Source: Eledone cirrhosa
Taxonomy: Eukaryota
Direction of reading: 5' to 3'
Length of the DNA: 64,000 nucleotides
NCBI GenBank assembly: GCA_964016885.1
Contig: OZ024741.1
Span: forward strand, 230,082,001-230,146,000
Shown: positions 1-11,639 of the stretch, one piece after another
Layout of the letters: each line of letters starts with the position of its first letter
How positions within the stretch are numbered: the stretch's first letter is position 1
Position numbers and translations under genes: made by a program
The notes under the pieces: generated by a model
Databases searched by the model: none
Told to the model about the DNA's origin: nothing
What the model saw: only the letters and a program-made list of their open reading frames with translations

Positions 1-540
1 CGCTCAACGAGTGTGACATTTTAGTCCTGCGAGCGACTTGAAAACTCTGGTACAAACACTACACTTGTGACAATTATTGACACATAGTGCTGGGCCCCTG
101 GTACCATGTGACGACAAGTGCAGAGAGATCTCCAGATATAAAGCAATGCCTGTGCTGTGAAGCTTTTATAGTGAGCAAAGGCACTGCACAAAGCCAGTCT
201 CACTCTCTTAACCAAGATGATATTTACCAAAAAGAAGAACAATTCAACATCATTGGATACCATCAGGGTTGCAGGTGTTATATCAGAGTTTTCCTTCTCC
301 TAGAATTCTGCCTTGACAAAGGCTAAGGGGTCATCTCTCCCGGTGATTTTGGATGGCTATTGACTCTTAAGAGCCCCTTTGCCTCTTGACAGGTTTTGTT
401 TTTAGTCCTGCAGGATGTCCAAAGCCACCCTCCTCACCAAGAAACCGTGGTGGGGTTGCCAGTTTAGTCGCCAACGACCCGACCATGAGACAAGTTGTAC
501 TGGGATACATGTTACCAGTAGCACCAACTGGTGACCTGAC
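1..540 (-). mobile_element. Short non-autonomous RTE-derived element (RTE-like 5' UTR fused to RTE 3' end), copy 1, cut by window edge
   Basis: High similarity to 21011-21465. Minus strand has the RTE 5'UTR-like motif CTAGGAGAAGGAAAACTCTGA and ends in a C2H2 remnant (HKCSVCTRVFKSLAGLKCH). Abuts (TA/TACA)n. Confidence 0.65.
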
Positions 541-556
541 ACATATATATACATAC

Positions 557-603
<47 letters not shown>

Positions 604-608
604 CATAC

Positions 609-691
<83 letters not shown>

Positions 692-896
692 GTATTAAGG
701 ATACTATTTATGGTTATGTATGTAATAAAACCTTTAATGGTAATATATTATTTATACAAACCTTAAATAGTGAAAGATAGTCATTAATTACTATCCTATT
801 ACCAGTAAGATAAATAGCTCAATGTAATAACATCAGTTGTTTTACAGAGCAGTTATATAGAGATTACAATAATCAAAGTTCAGTTTAAGTCATTTA

Positions 897-947
897 TTTG
901 CTTACAATTGTTTCCTCCAAACCGAGGTTTGGGTTCTTCGGAGCAAT
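897..947 (-). ncRNA. Type I hammerhead ribozyme motif, CCGAAGA core (3' pLTR)
   Basis: Minus strand ttgct-CCGAAGA-a-cccaaacc tc ggtttgga-g-GAAA-CAATTG-TA-agcaa; stem I ttgct/agcaa; palindromic stem III ACAATTGT. Confidence 0.7.
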
Positions 948-1082
948 TATTTACTGATCTATAACATACTTGACCTCCTTTTCAACCCAAGAGACATATA
1001 AAACATATGCGCATATTGATCAACAGTGGGGTGACATTCATCAAATGATATAGCATGGCAATTTACATATAAAGGTTACAGG

Positions 1083-1311
1083 ATAAAAATAAAAATAAAA
1101 ATAAAAATAAAAATAAAAATAAAAATAAAAATAAAAATAAAAATAAAAATAAAAATAAAAATAAAAATAAAAATAAAAATAAAAATAAAAATAAAAATAA
1201 AAATAAAAATAAAAATAAAAATAAAAATAAAAATAAAAATAAAAATAAAAATAAAAATAAAAATAAAAATAAAAATAAAAATAAAAATAAAAATAAAAAT
1301 AAAAATAAAAA
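1083..1311. repeat. (AAAAAT)n microsatellite inside the 3' pLTR
   Basis: About 38 perfect units; about 5 units at the equivalent site of the other pLTR (~6001-6030). Confidence 0.95.
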
Positions 1312-3081
1312 CAAAAATGAAAATAAAGATAAACATGAAGCGTTGGCAGTCTATGAAGATAAAGCAAGAGGAAAGTTTAGAGTAGTCAGTGTATGAAACA
1401 ATCTCACGTGTAGCATGCACGCGTGTCTTATTTATACATGATTAGAGTGCGTCGGAATGATAATTGCAGGGTCAGGCAGTTGAAGCAGGCAATCGATCTT
1501 ATTATGTGGGCTGAATTATTGAGTCATTTATTCGCATACATCTGTATGATATACAGTCCCGGATGCAGGTAAACACCAAAATATCAAAAACTTTCAACAT
1601 ACCATAAACCTTATTGTATCGTAGGCAAAGCCGTACCACTGTCTTCGCTCACACCACCAATCACATAATCCATGAGACGCAATATATAGAACACGTGTCT
1701 ATCGTATAATTCACGATGGTTCAGCATATAATCAAGTTATAAACCGTATCTAGTCGGTTCTTAATTAATAGATCATGCTGTTTAGATTCCGGAAGTGTCT
1801 GAATGACTAAGGGGAATTAAAGTGTAAGGGGAGGTAACTAGCTAGTTATCTTAGTTAAATTATTATCCTAAACTACATTAATGGTGATTCAAATACGTGC
1901 CTATCATATGAAGTTATAACTAATTTCTAGAGTATGTTTCCCATTTATAGGTTAGAGAGTTGTCCATTAAGAAGTACAAGGGTGTATATATTAGGATGAT
2001 TACCATCCATTAAGGGGTGTCATATCTGAACATTCTATAAGAGGAGTCAGACACTCAAATCCCTGTTCCATGCAAATGTAATATAACAGTAGGACCTGGT
2101 ATGGTCCCACTATTACATATGACCCCCGGTAGGCTCCGGGTCATTGTATGTCTGAATCTCCTGTAAATCTGGATACCTTCGGGATGGTCCGGATATCTAA
2201 TTTCTCATATAAAGGCACTAGTCTGGTCATCAAGCAATAGATAACCCCCATCTCATATATAAATTAATTAGGTATCACATCTACAAGTTAGAGTGGAGTC
2301 TATTAATAGGTACTAAAGGAGTTCATATCATGATGATTACAATCTGGAGATTAAATCTCTCATACCAGGACACCTGTCTGGCCACCAAGCAATACATAAA
2401 CTCGCATTCCACATATAAATCAGGTATCCCATCCACAAGTTAGAGTGGAGTCCAATAACAAGCACTAAAGGAGTTCATATCTTGATGACTACAATCCAAC
2501 AAGGGGTTCCACACCTTGCCAATCCACAAGAAGAGTCAGACTACATAATTAATTACATGGGTCTCACTATCAGTAATGGTCTTATTATCATACATGACTC
2601 CCGGCGAGATTCAGGTCGTAGTATGACTGCATCCCCGGTAAAATCACTAGGGTGGTCCGGTGGCCGGTTCTCTCGTCAAAAGATGCCGGTCAGGTCACCA
2701 GGCAACACAGAGGCTCCTAACTCATGCATCACCTGTGCATCATTCATTGAACTGATCGTTTACAGTATATATTCACATAACAATACGATTATCTATCTAA
2801 TCATCAATCTATCTCTTGGTGGCAATCCATGCACAGGATTATGCTATCGCAACCAGTACCGTGTCCCCGGTTTATACTAATCTTATATTTGTGCAATGCA
2901 GACTAAGTAGTCCACGGTCGAGATATCAGAATTAGAGGTACAAGGGGGTAATCCCAGGGTAGGTGGTACTAAAATGCTGTCAGTATTATCTTTAGAGTAT
3001 AAAAATGGGTGTGGATGTGAGGTGTAAGGTGAGCTACTGATGTTAATTGCTAGGGGTGGTGCCGGTTCCAGTCTGACATTA

Positions 3082-5562
3082 TTATATATAGGGTTTAAAG
3101 TTTTGGAACGAGTGTCGGAAGCGGTGTTGGCAAGTTGCGAACACTTCTGATTTTTTATTAAGGAGATTATGTTTAGAGAAGATGATAGTATGGGTCTCTA
3201 GTAGACAGAGGTTACAAAATTTATTAGGTGGTTTGTACGATGTTGCACTACCTACCACTTCCCATTTAAGTGTATATATTTTATTTTTAGTTTTTAGATA
3301 GTGTATGTAGCTAGATAGTGAAGTGGAGTTGGCTAGACTGTGTTTTTTGAAAGAGTGGAGGTGCGAATTGTATCTAGTTTTGAAGCAGTTAGAAGTAGAG
3401 CCTATATAGGTTTCAGAAGAGTTGTTAGTTGTGACTGTACATGAGTATATGATATCCTTGGTTAAGCATTTTTTATCTAAAGGGCAGGTTCTACTTGATC
3501 TACAGTTACAATTACTCTGGGTGCTAGTCTGCCGGTTACTATGCTGTGTAGAAGTTTGGATGTTAGCTATAGGGTTATGGTTATGTGGGTTGTGGTACGC
3601 AGCGTTAATGTTTACACGAGTGCTATTACTATTATTTCCATTGATATTACGGTTAGTTGCTATAATGCTACTTTGACTGTTATTTTGAATGTTATTTTGA
3701 AGGTTTATCGACTGTTGTGATTTAGTTTGTTGGAAGTAAGAATTAATTTTTCTTTGATTTGTACTAGCTATGTGGTATGCTAAGTTAGGCGTAGTAGAGT
3801 ATGAGATCTTAATAGTGTTTTTGTTTAAAAGGCCGTGGTACCTGTGGCCGGATGGGAAGTGTTTATCTAGTAGTGAGAAGAAAGCCCTAGGTAGGTTGGT
3901 AGAGACGTTTAAATTGAAAGGAGGGTTGGAAAATGTATTATTTCTTCTTCTATTTCTGTTTTTTATGTCTGGTGATTTGTTTCCTTTAATGTTCCTATGG
4001 TAATTTCTGCGGTGCGGGTTACTTTTGTTGTTACTATCCCTATTAGTGTGCGTGCAGTTGCTATTCCTATTGTTAAATTTTCCCATGGACATGTTGTGTG
4101 AAATGATGTAGCTATGTGTTTTTGTAGGTAGGAACTCTATCCCTGTATTATGGCCTGATCTAGCTAATGCCTGATTATAATACTGCGAGTTATTGTTAAA
4201 TGTGTTTATGTCATAGGATAGATTAGAGATTCTATTAGATACTCCCTTAGAGATAGAGTTCAATATAGATTTAGGGTGGTTAGACTTGGTATCTACGTAG
4301 ATGAGATTTTCATTAGGTTTGTGGAAAGGTGCATATATCATTGAGTCTAGGTAGAGTGTGGCGTCTAGGAAGTTGACGTTTTTGGTGTTTTTGTCCATGG
4401 TAATACTAAGGTTAAAGTTTTTGAATGTTTTGTGCAATAGTTTTCTAGTCCTTTCTATATTGAATTTTTTATAGTCTATAAGTAGAAGTGCATCATCGCG
4501 ATACAAACCACCGCTGAGGTACGGAAGTTCCCTGTGGATTTGGTTAAGTAAGTATAGGCCAACTAAATCCGTGACCTGCGCCGAGTCACTAGACCCCATA
4601 GTAATGTCGAAGTTGTTTTGCGTATCCTTGCGGGTCCATAATTGGTCTTCAAAGGTGATTATTGTTTTACGGGCCGCAAGTATGACATCAATCTGGGGTC
4701 TAGTCAGGTCACTATTGTCCATGGCCATTATAAGTGCCTTATTTAGTAGGATAGGGGAAATAGAGGTGTAGTAAGAGTTGATATCAAATTGAATAAATTT
4801 TTTATCCTTGTTATCTATGATATTTTTGAACCATTCAATCACCTCACCCGTATTTCCCCATTGTTTAAGGTAAATCTTGTGTTTAATCTGTGGGATGATT
4901 TTGTCTAGAATTTTTTTACTGATAATGCCAATGTCAGACCTGGAGGGGCATATTAGTCTAATCGAGGGGTTGCTAATGAAGTCCACCTTGTGGTCCTTCA
5001 GAGAGAATCTAGGGGGGTTTGGGGTGTAAGGTTGTGTATGGCTCTGGAGCCCTAGTTTGGATACTATATTATAGCCTTCCATATTAATATCTTCTAAGTT
5101 TTTCATAGTGGTTTTCTTGTAGCTTTTATGTAGTTCATTATATATAAACTTTCTATACGTATTATAATCTAGGCTGTATATGTTATTAGTTTTGTCGGCA
5201 TGTACAAAAATTTTACTACTAGTTTTGAAGTCATTAATAGAGGTGCTAAGTTTGTTTAAGAAGGTGTTGTTTTTATTATGGTGTTTTTTGTATTTAATGT
5301 TTTTAACTAGTTTAATTAGGTCGTTTTCGAAGTGGTTTAGTAGTGTGTTATGAGGGGGGCTTCTAAATGTTTTAAAGCCGAAGGAGTCAAATTTGTTGGT
5401 GTTATTATCCTTGCCAGTTTTGTTTCTATCATAATGGAATGTCCTCCATCTCACTCTATTGATAAAGGAGTTTACACTGTTGATCAACAACTTTTCATAT
5501 GTATTTTTGGTTGGTATAGGTATGTTCTTGGTTGACATAGGGAGTTGGTCTTTGATCAGCAT
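3082..5562 (-). CDS. PLE polyprotein: reverse transcriptase + Cys-rich linker + GIY-YIG endonuclease (826 aa)
   Basis: STKNIPIP N-terminus, ADKT, FIQFDINSYY, ITMGSSDSAQVTDLVGL, GLYRDD, VNFLD, CNCx5CPLx3C zinc motif, IIY...YIG, RYNSH, CNLCLLE, C-terminal CQH. Confidence 0.95.
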   Translation of the reverse strand: MLIKDQLPMSTKNIPIPTKNTYEKLLINSVNSFINRVRWRTFHYDRNKTGKDNNTNKFDSFGFKTFRSPPHNTLLNHFENDLIKLVKNIKYKKHHNKNNTFLNKLSTSINDFKTSSKIFVHADKTNNIYSLDYNTYRKFIYNELHKSYKKTTMKNLEDINMEGYNIVSKLGLQSHTQPYTPNPPRFSLKDHKVDFISNPSIRLICPSRSDIGIISKKILDKIIPQIKHKIYLKQWGNTGEVIEWFKNIIDNKDKKFIQFDINSYYTSISPILLNKALIMAMDNSDLTRPQIDVILAARKTIITFEDQLWTRKDTQNNFDITMGSSDSAQVTDLVGLYLLNQIHRELPYLSGGLYRDDALLLIDYKKFNIERTRKLLHKTFKNFNLSITMDKNTKNVNFLDATLYLDSMIYAPFHKPNENLIYVDTKSNHPKSILNSISKGVSNRISNLSYDINTFNNNSQYYNQALARSGHNTGIEFLPTKTHSYIISHNMSMGKFNNRNSNCTHTNRDSNNKSNPHRRNYHRNIKGNKSPDIKNRNRRRNNTFSNPPFNLNVSTNLPRAFFSLLDKHFPSGHRYHGLLNKNTIKISYSTTPNLAYHIASTNQRKINSYFQQTKSQQSINLQNNIQNNSQSSIIATNRNINGNNSNSTRVNINAAYHNPHNHNPIANIQTSTQHSNRQTSTQSNCNCRSSRTCPLDKKCLTKDIIYSCTVTTNNSSETYIGSTSNCFKTRYNSHLHSFKKHSLANSTSLSSYIHYLKTKNKIYTLKWEVVGSATSYKPPNKFCNLCLLETHTIIFSKHNLLNKKSEVFATCQHRFRHSFQNFKPYI

Positions 5563-5815
5563 GCTGGTAATTTATGGTATATCAGCTCAACAAAATGGAG
5601 CAGTTATTAGTATTAAGGATACTATTTATGGTTATGTATGTAATAAAACCTTTAATGGTAATATATTATTTATACAAACCTTAAATAGTGAAAGATAGTC
5701 ATTAATTACTATCCTATTACCAGTAAGATAAATAGCTCAATGTAATAACATCAGTTGTTTTACAGAGCAGTTATATAGAGATTACAATAATCAAAGTTCA
5801 GTTTAAGTCATTCAT

Positions 5816-5865
5816 TTGCTTACAATTGTTTCCTCCAAACCGAGGTTTGGATTCTTCGGAGCAAC
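5816..5865 (-). ncRNA. Hammerhead ribozyme motif, CCGAAGA core (5' pLTR)
   Basis: Same motif as 897-947, with perfect stem II tccaaacc/ggtttgga. Confidence 0.7.
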
Positions 5866-6417
5866 TATTTACTGATCTATAACATACTTGACCTCCTTTT
5901 CAACCCAAGAGACATATAAAACATATGCGCATATTGATCAACAGTGGGGTGACATTCATCAAATGATATAGCATGGCAGTTTACATATAAAGGTTACAGG
6001 ATAAAAATAAAAATAAAAATAAAAATAAAAACAAAAATGAAAATAAAGATAAACATGAAGCGTTGGCAGTCTATGAAGATAAAGCAAGAGGAAAGTTTAG
6101 AGCAGTCAGTGTATGAAACAATCTCACGTGTAGCATGCACGCGTGTCTTATTTATACATGATTAGAGTGCGTCGGAATGATAATTGCAGGGTCAGGCAGT
6201 TGAAGCAGGCAATCGATCTTATTATGTGGGCTGAATTATTAAGTCATTTATTCGCATACATCTGTATGATATACAGTCCCGGATGCAGGGAAACACCAAA
6301 ATATCAAAAACTTTCAACATACCATAAACCTTATTGTATCGTAGGCAATATGCGCATATGTTTTATATGTCTCTTGGGTTGAAAAGGAGGTCAAGTATGT
6401 TATAGATCAGTAAATAG

Positions 6418-6466
6418 TTGCTCCGAAGAATCCAAACCTCGGTTTGGAGGAAACAATTGTAAGCAA
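6418..6466 (+). ncRNA. Hammerhead ribozyme motif, CCGAAGA core (inverted pLTR segment)
   Basis: ttgct CCGAAGA a tccaaacc tc ggtttgga g GAAA CAATTG TA agcaa on the + strand. Confidence 0.7.
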
Positions 6467-6537
6467 ATAAATGACTTAAACTGAACTTTGATTATTGTAA
6501 TCTCTATACATATATATATATATATTTATATATATAT

Positions 6538-6583
<46 letters not shown>

Positions 6584-6588
6584 ATATA

Positions 6589-6733
6589 TGGCTGCCCCCT
6601 CGTTATCGAGTATGGCCATTGCACGAGAAAAAAAAAATAATAATAAAAAAAAAAAAAGAAATATATATATACATATACACACACACACCCACACACCCAC
6701 ACACACATATATACACACACATACATTAATAAC

Positions 6734-6768
<35 letters not shown>

Positions 6769-7190
6769 CAATAATAATAACGACAACAACATTAATAATA
6801 TACATATACATATATATATACACACACACGCGCATACATAAGCGTATCTACACACACACACACGATAGCAACTAACAGCGCTGCGATCGAATGTGGCTTT
6901 TTAGCCCAGCAAATGATCTAAAATGTCTTGCACAGAGTCGGCAACCAAAACATTCACTGGGAATAGTCGGCTGTGGTTGGAGTTCGTGTACTTTTGCATG
7001 TCGCTTGAGCCCTCCTGCTGATTTACATTCTCTACCACATGTTTGGCAAGCATGATGAGTAGCATATCCAACAGCAGTCTGGTAGTCAACCACTGGTCTT
7101 ACTATATGACTGCGAAGATGACTTTCGAGTCCAGCTTTGCTTAGGCAGAGTCTCGCACAGACGCTGCATGTCAGCACCATAGGAGGACCC
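6589..7190 (-). mobile_element. 3' fragment of an RTE-clade LINE with three C-terminal C2H2 zinc fingers
   Basis: ORF 6872-7180 has [47 protein letters not shown]. The 3' end GGCCATACTCGATAACGAGGGGGCAGCC+(AT)n resembles the end at 20946-20973. Confidence 0.7.
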
Positions 7191-7276
7191 TATTTATATA
7201 TATATATATATATATACATACATACTATGTCAGCACATACATACATATATATATATATATTTATATATATATATAT

Positions 7277-7432
<156 letters not shown>

Positions 7433-7443
7433 ACATACATTCG

Positions 7444-7860
7444 TTGAGCTTTGTTACTCTAAAGTTTCACCTGCGCACTCACAGGATCACCAGTCTTGTC
7501 TAATGCTCCTGTGAATACGCAGGTGAGACTCCAGAGAAACAAGGCTTAGCCATAATAAATGAATATTTAAACTCTACTTCGGTATTAAGATTTCATTCTT
7601 ACGTCCGTCAATAATTCACGTACTCTTAGGTCTTGAATAATCGTCCCCACCCGCGCTATTTAATTTATCAGACCTTTAACCTGGGGTTTTATTCCACTAG
7701 CACCTCCCACCCGCTTATTAAAATTTTGCAAATCTTTCTTGGGTGAAATGTTATTGTAAGTGATTCATATTGATACAGTAGCTGGAAAATCTAATAATAA
7801 TTTTATTTTACATTAAAAACCCATTATATATGACCAAATATTATAAGAAATCCCACATTT
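7444..7860 (+). mobile_element. PLE 3'-end remnant with two decayed inverted hammerhead copies (7444-7550)
   Basis: + strand cttgt CTAATGC t cctg..cagg t GAGA ctccagag AA acaag; - strand CTGGTGA t cctg..cagg t GAAA ctttagag TA acaaag. Their consensus is a canonical HHR. Confidence 0.55.
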
Positions 7861-7944
7861 AGGAACGTACACTATACAATAATTGATTTTCCACTAGCCT
7901 CCCCACCACCATTATTGCCACCCCTCCTATTATTTGGGACCCGA

Positions 7945-8520
7945 GTCATGGCAATCAGCTCCTTCCATTCCTCTCGCCTATCCGCCCTCATTGTTATACA
8001 CAGCGTCATATCTTTTCATTCCGGGATGTTGTCCTCCCATCTCTTTTTCTGTTTGTCTCTCTTCCTCGCTCCTTGTACTGTTCTCAGCAGAACAGTCTTG
8101 GCAAGCCCTGAACATCCTGTCTCGTGCTCATACTATCTCAATTAGCGTTGTTTTACAAATGTCAGTAGGTCTACGTAAGCCCCAATGGCTTGCCAAATTC
8201 TGTTTCTCACCTCGTCATTGGAGATGCGGTCTCTGTAGATGATATTAAGGAGCTTTATGAAGCATATCATTTCCAGAGAGAAACTAGAGTGCCTCAACAG
8301 TTTCAAATACCTGTGGGCAATCGTTTTAGATGAACCTGAAGTACTCGGGAGATCTGCCGAGACCTCAGCAGCACTTAGAAAACTTAAGACCATCTGAAAT
8401 AACAAGAACATAGCCCTCGGCTCAAATATCAGACTGATTCACTCTCTGATCAAGTCCATATTCTGTATGCATGTGAGTCTTGGACAATAAGAGCAGATCT
8501 GGAAAATCTGGAAAGAAGTT
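7945..8520 (-). mobile_element. Degenerate, rearranged RTE LINE ORF2 C-terminal fragment
   Basis: LLNIIYRDRISNDEVRNRIWQAIGAYVDLLTFVKQR is typical RTE post-RT sequence; stops and frameshifts present. Confidence 0.7.
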
Positions 8521-8580
8521 TATGTAGTGAAAAGTGTGAGCGAGTATGTATATAATATACACATATTTTCCCCTTTTATT

Positions 8581-8756
8581 GCGGTGGATTGGCAGTATCG
8601 GTAGAGGGTCGGACGCCATGCTTTGACGCATAGAGTTACGGCCCTTGCCATTCTGAGTTCAAATCCCTGCCTTTCATCCTTACGGGGTCGATAAAATAAA
8701 GTACCAGTAATGGACTTGGTAATTTCTGGCCTTGTGCCTATAGTAGAAACAATTAT
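8581..8756 (+). mobile_element. tRNA-derived SINE (Meta-domain-like core)
   Basis: A/B-box-like head (GAGTTCAAATCC), core GCCTTTCATCCTTACGGGGTCGATAAAATAAAGTACCAG, tail GGCCTTGTGCC..GTAGAAACAATTAT; at least 7 copies in the window. Confidence 0.85.
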
Positions 8757-8991
8757 ATACATATTCGCACACGCCTCTCACAACATAAACTTACAATCAT
8801 GCACACATACATACATCCCATTAAACACTCTTATATTCATGCACACACATGCATATATCATACACTTTCCCTCAGTCATTTCACAACGAGAACACTCGAA
8901 ATTTTAACATCTTTTCATTACATTTAACTTAATTCTACCTTTTCCTAACAAAACATCTCCGATCGATCCTTTAAGACCTTCACAGGGATAC

Positions 8992-9030
8992 TCCCTTGAT
9001 AATGGGTTTGAAACCCGAAAATATTTGGGA
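8992..9030 (+). ncRNA. Minimal hammerhead motif, U3-A8 variant, in a PLE remnant
   Basis: tccc TTGATAA t gggtt tga aaccc GAAA ATAT TT ggga; stem I tccc/ggga; palindromic AAATATTT. Confidence 0.55.
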
Positions 9031-9119
9031 TTATTAAATTTGCTAAGGTAAGATTCTATTGTTATCTTGGCACCTTTAATTTTCTAATGCATTGTATGGT
9101 TTTAAAATTATTTAAATTT

Positions 9120-9168
<49 letters not shown>

Positions 9169-9221
9169 TCATATAGAATAAAAGATTTAGCTTCGGCATA
9201 TATATATATATATATATATAC

Positions 9222-9420
9222 GTAGGTCCCGGGTTGAGTCGGGGATAACCACAGTAAGTAAGGTACTCAATACATGGCCGAGTAAAATTTTTTTATTTTA
9301 TATAAGGAGCTTCTACAGGACTAGTACTGTTTCATTCAGATGAAATATTCAGGAAGCTCTTCCTGAAGATTTCATCTGAATGAAACAGTACTAGTCCTGT
9401 AGAAGCTCCTTCTATAAAAT
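9222..9420. mobile_element. PLE end remnant: fold-back duplication with an HHR on each strand
   Basis: 9300-9356 inverted against 9359-9416. + copy: ttc CTGAAGA tttcatctgaat GAAA CAG tactagtc CTG TA gaagct. - copy has the mutated core CTGAATA. Confidence 0.7.
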
Positions 9421-9782
9421 AAAAAAAAATAAAAAAAAATATATATATATATATATATGATGTTACTTAAAAACAGATGTTACCAATGAGAATCAGGGAA
9501 ATAATTCTTCATGTCGAAACAATTCCTCTTAACCATTAAACATTAGATTTATGATCTTTTCTAAATGGTCATTGAACATACAGCTAAACAGACGAATGGG
9601 CAGACATATAGGTAGATTGATGTATGTGTGCATGTATACGCATACATAAAATATACGTACAGATGCACACACACACGAGTGCCCACTGCACACTCATACA
9701 CTCATATGTATATATAAATATATGTTTTATATATACACTATATATATATTTATTGGATTTTATACTTCACATGTATTATTAT

Positions 9783-9905
<123 letters not shown>

Positions 9906-9917
9906 TATATATATATA

Positions 9918-10009
<92 letters not shown>

Positions 10010-10029
10010 CTCTATATATATATATATTA

Positions 10030-10144
<115 letters not shown>

Positions 10145-10366
10145 TCATATATATATATAATATACATATGATATCTATCTATCTATCTATATATCTATCT
10201 ATATATCTATCTATTATGTATATATATATATAAACATGAAAAACGTCAGTAGCCCGACGGCTGAGCTCCTGCCGTTTCGACAGGCCACATGGTCCACCTA
10301 GTACCTTACCACACCTTCTTTGTTTATATCTATCTCTATCTATCTATTTACATATCTGTATGTATG

Positions 10367-10403
<37 letters not shown>

Positions 10404-10786
10404 ATCCCTCTTTCTCTCCACACACACCCATACACCCGCACACGTACACATACACTCATATACATATAAATGTGTATTGTATGTAATCCCCCAAACGGAC
10501 AACAGATGTTTAGTATTGAGTACTTCCTCGAGAGTGCCTACAAATGTCTTGACAAAAAGATTATACATACATACTTACATACATACATTCATACATACAT
10601 ATATACATAGATACATACATACATACATACATACATACATACATACATACATACATACATACATACATACATACATACGTACACACATACGCTCCCCTCC
10701 ATATATATATACATATATATATATTTATTAAAATAACAGATTAAAGTTTAAGCAAAGAATCGCTATTTTAGTCTTCAATTTTATTA

Positions 10787-10883
<97 letters not shown>

Positions 10884-11639
10884 TGTGTGTGTGTGTGTGT
10901 GTATGAAAGCATGTGTAGATTGGGATACCGTGGCGACTGAAATTTCTGAAAATCGAATTAGAAGATTTTACTGTAAATTGACTACAAAATATAGTCCAAT
11001 AACGGAAAAAATGGGAATAAATAGCGTGTGTGAGAATTGATCATACATTAAATATGCTAACCGAGTGCACCAACTGACCCACCCTAGGAGTAGCATATTT
11101 ATCGTAAAAATAGGAGGTATAGGTTCGATTCCCTCGCATGGTCATGCGCATGGGTGGTTGGGAGGGGGGCGGGGGATATTATGTGTGTGTAGATGTTTTG
11201 CAAGATTATTGATGCGAAATCATGTGTTAAAACAGATATTGTCATGTTTAAGGATGATCATGTCGCCAATATTACCAATAAAATCACACGCACTTAGGTG
11301 TTTCTCAAAGTTATTTCGCCACACATTATGTGATCTCATCGGTGACTATTTGGTATGTACCGATAAAAGACAAGATGGAGTAAAGAAAATAAAAACAGCA
11401 AGAAGAGGAGACACAGATTAAAGAACTTTGACAAATACGTAAGATTTTTCAAACTTATAATATAACAGAGTTAAAAATATAATAGTGCGTGTATTTATAT
11501 TAACAATATGAGCAGCATGACTTTCTCCAAATATAACAATATATATATAATTATATAACTAAGGGTGGTTTTATGATTCCCGTTCCACATCGGAATCCAC
11601 CCTTAATTATTCAATCATTAAGAAAGATTTTCGGGGTCT

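Larger units (their letters stand above)
691..6508 (-). mobile_element. Penelope-like retroelement, Naiad-type, apparently full length, with direct pseudo-LTRs and an inverted 5' segment
   Basis: Direct repeats 691-1628 and 5609-6348; 6345-6508 is the reverse complement of 5774-5936; intact RT-GIY-YIG ORF; HHR motifs in the repeats; (TA)n on both sides. Confidence 0.93.

Noticed and set aside
280-540. HDV-like ribozyme in the RTE-derived element
   Set aside because: A complete nested double pseudoknot could not be built by eye; left as an unconfirmed possibility.
2482-2880. 132-aa antisense ORF in the Naiad 3' region
   Set aside because: Starts in a tandem repeat at TTG and has no recognisable motif.
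3082-5562. Selenoprotein-type Naiad
   Set aside because: The conserved Cys positions are Cys codons and there is no in-frame UGA.
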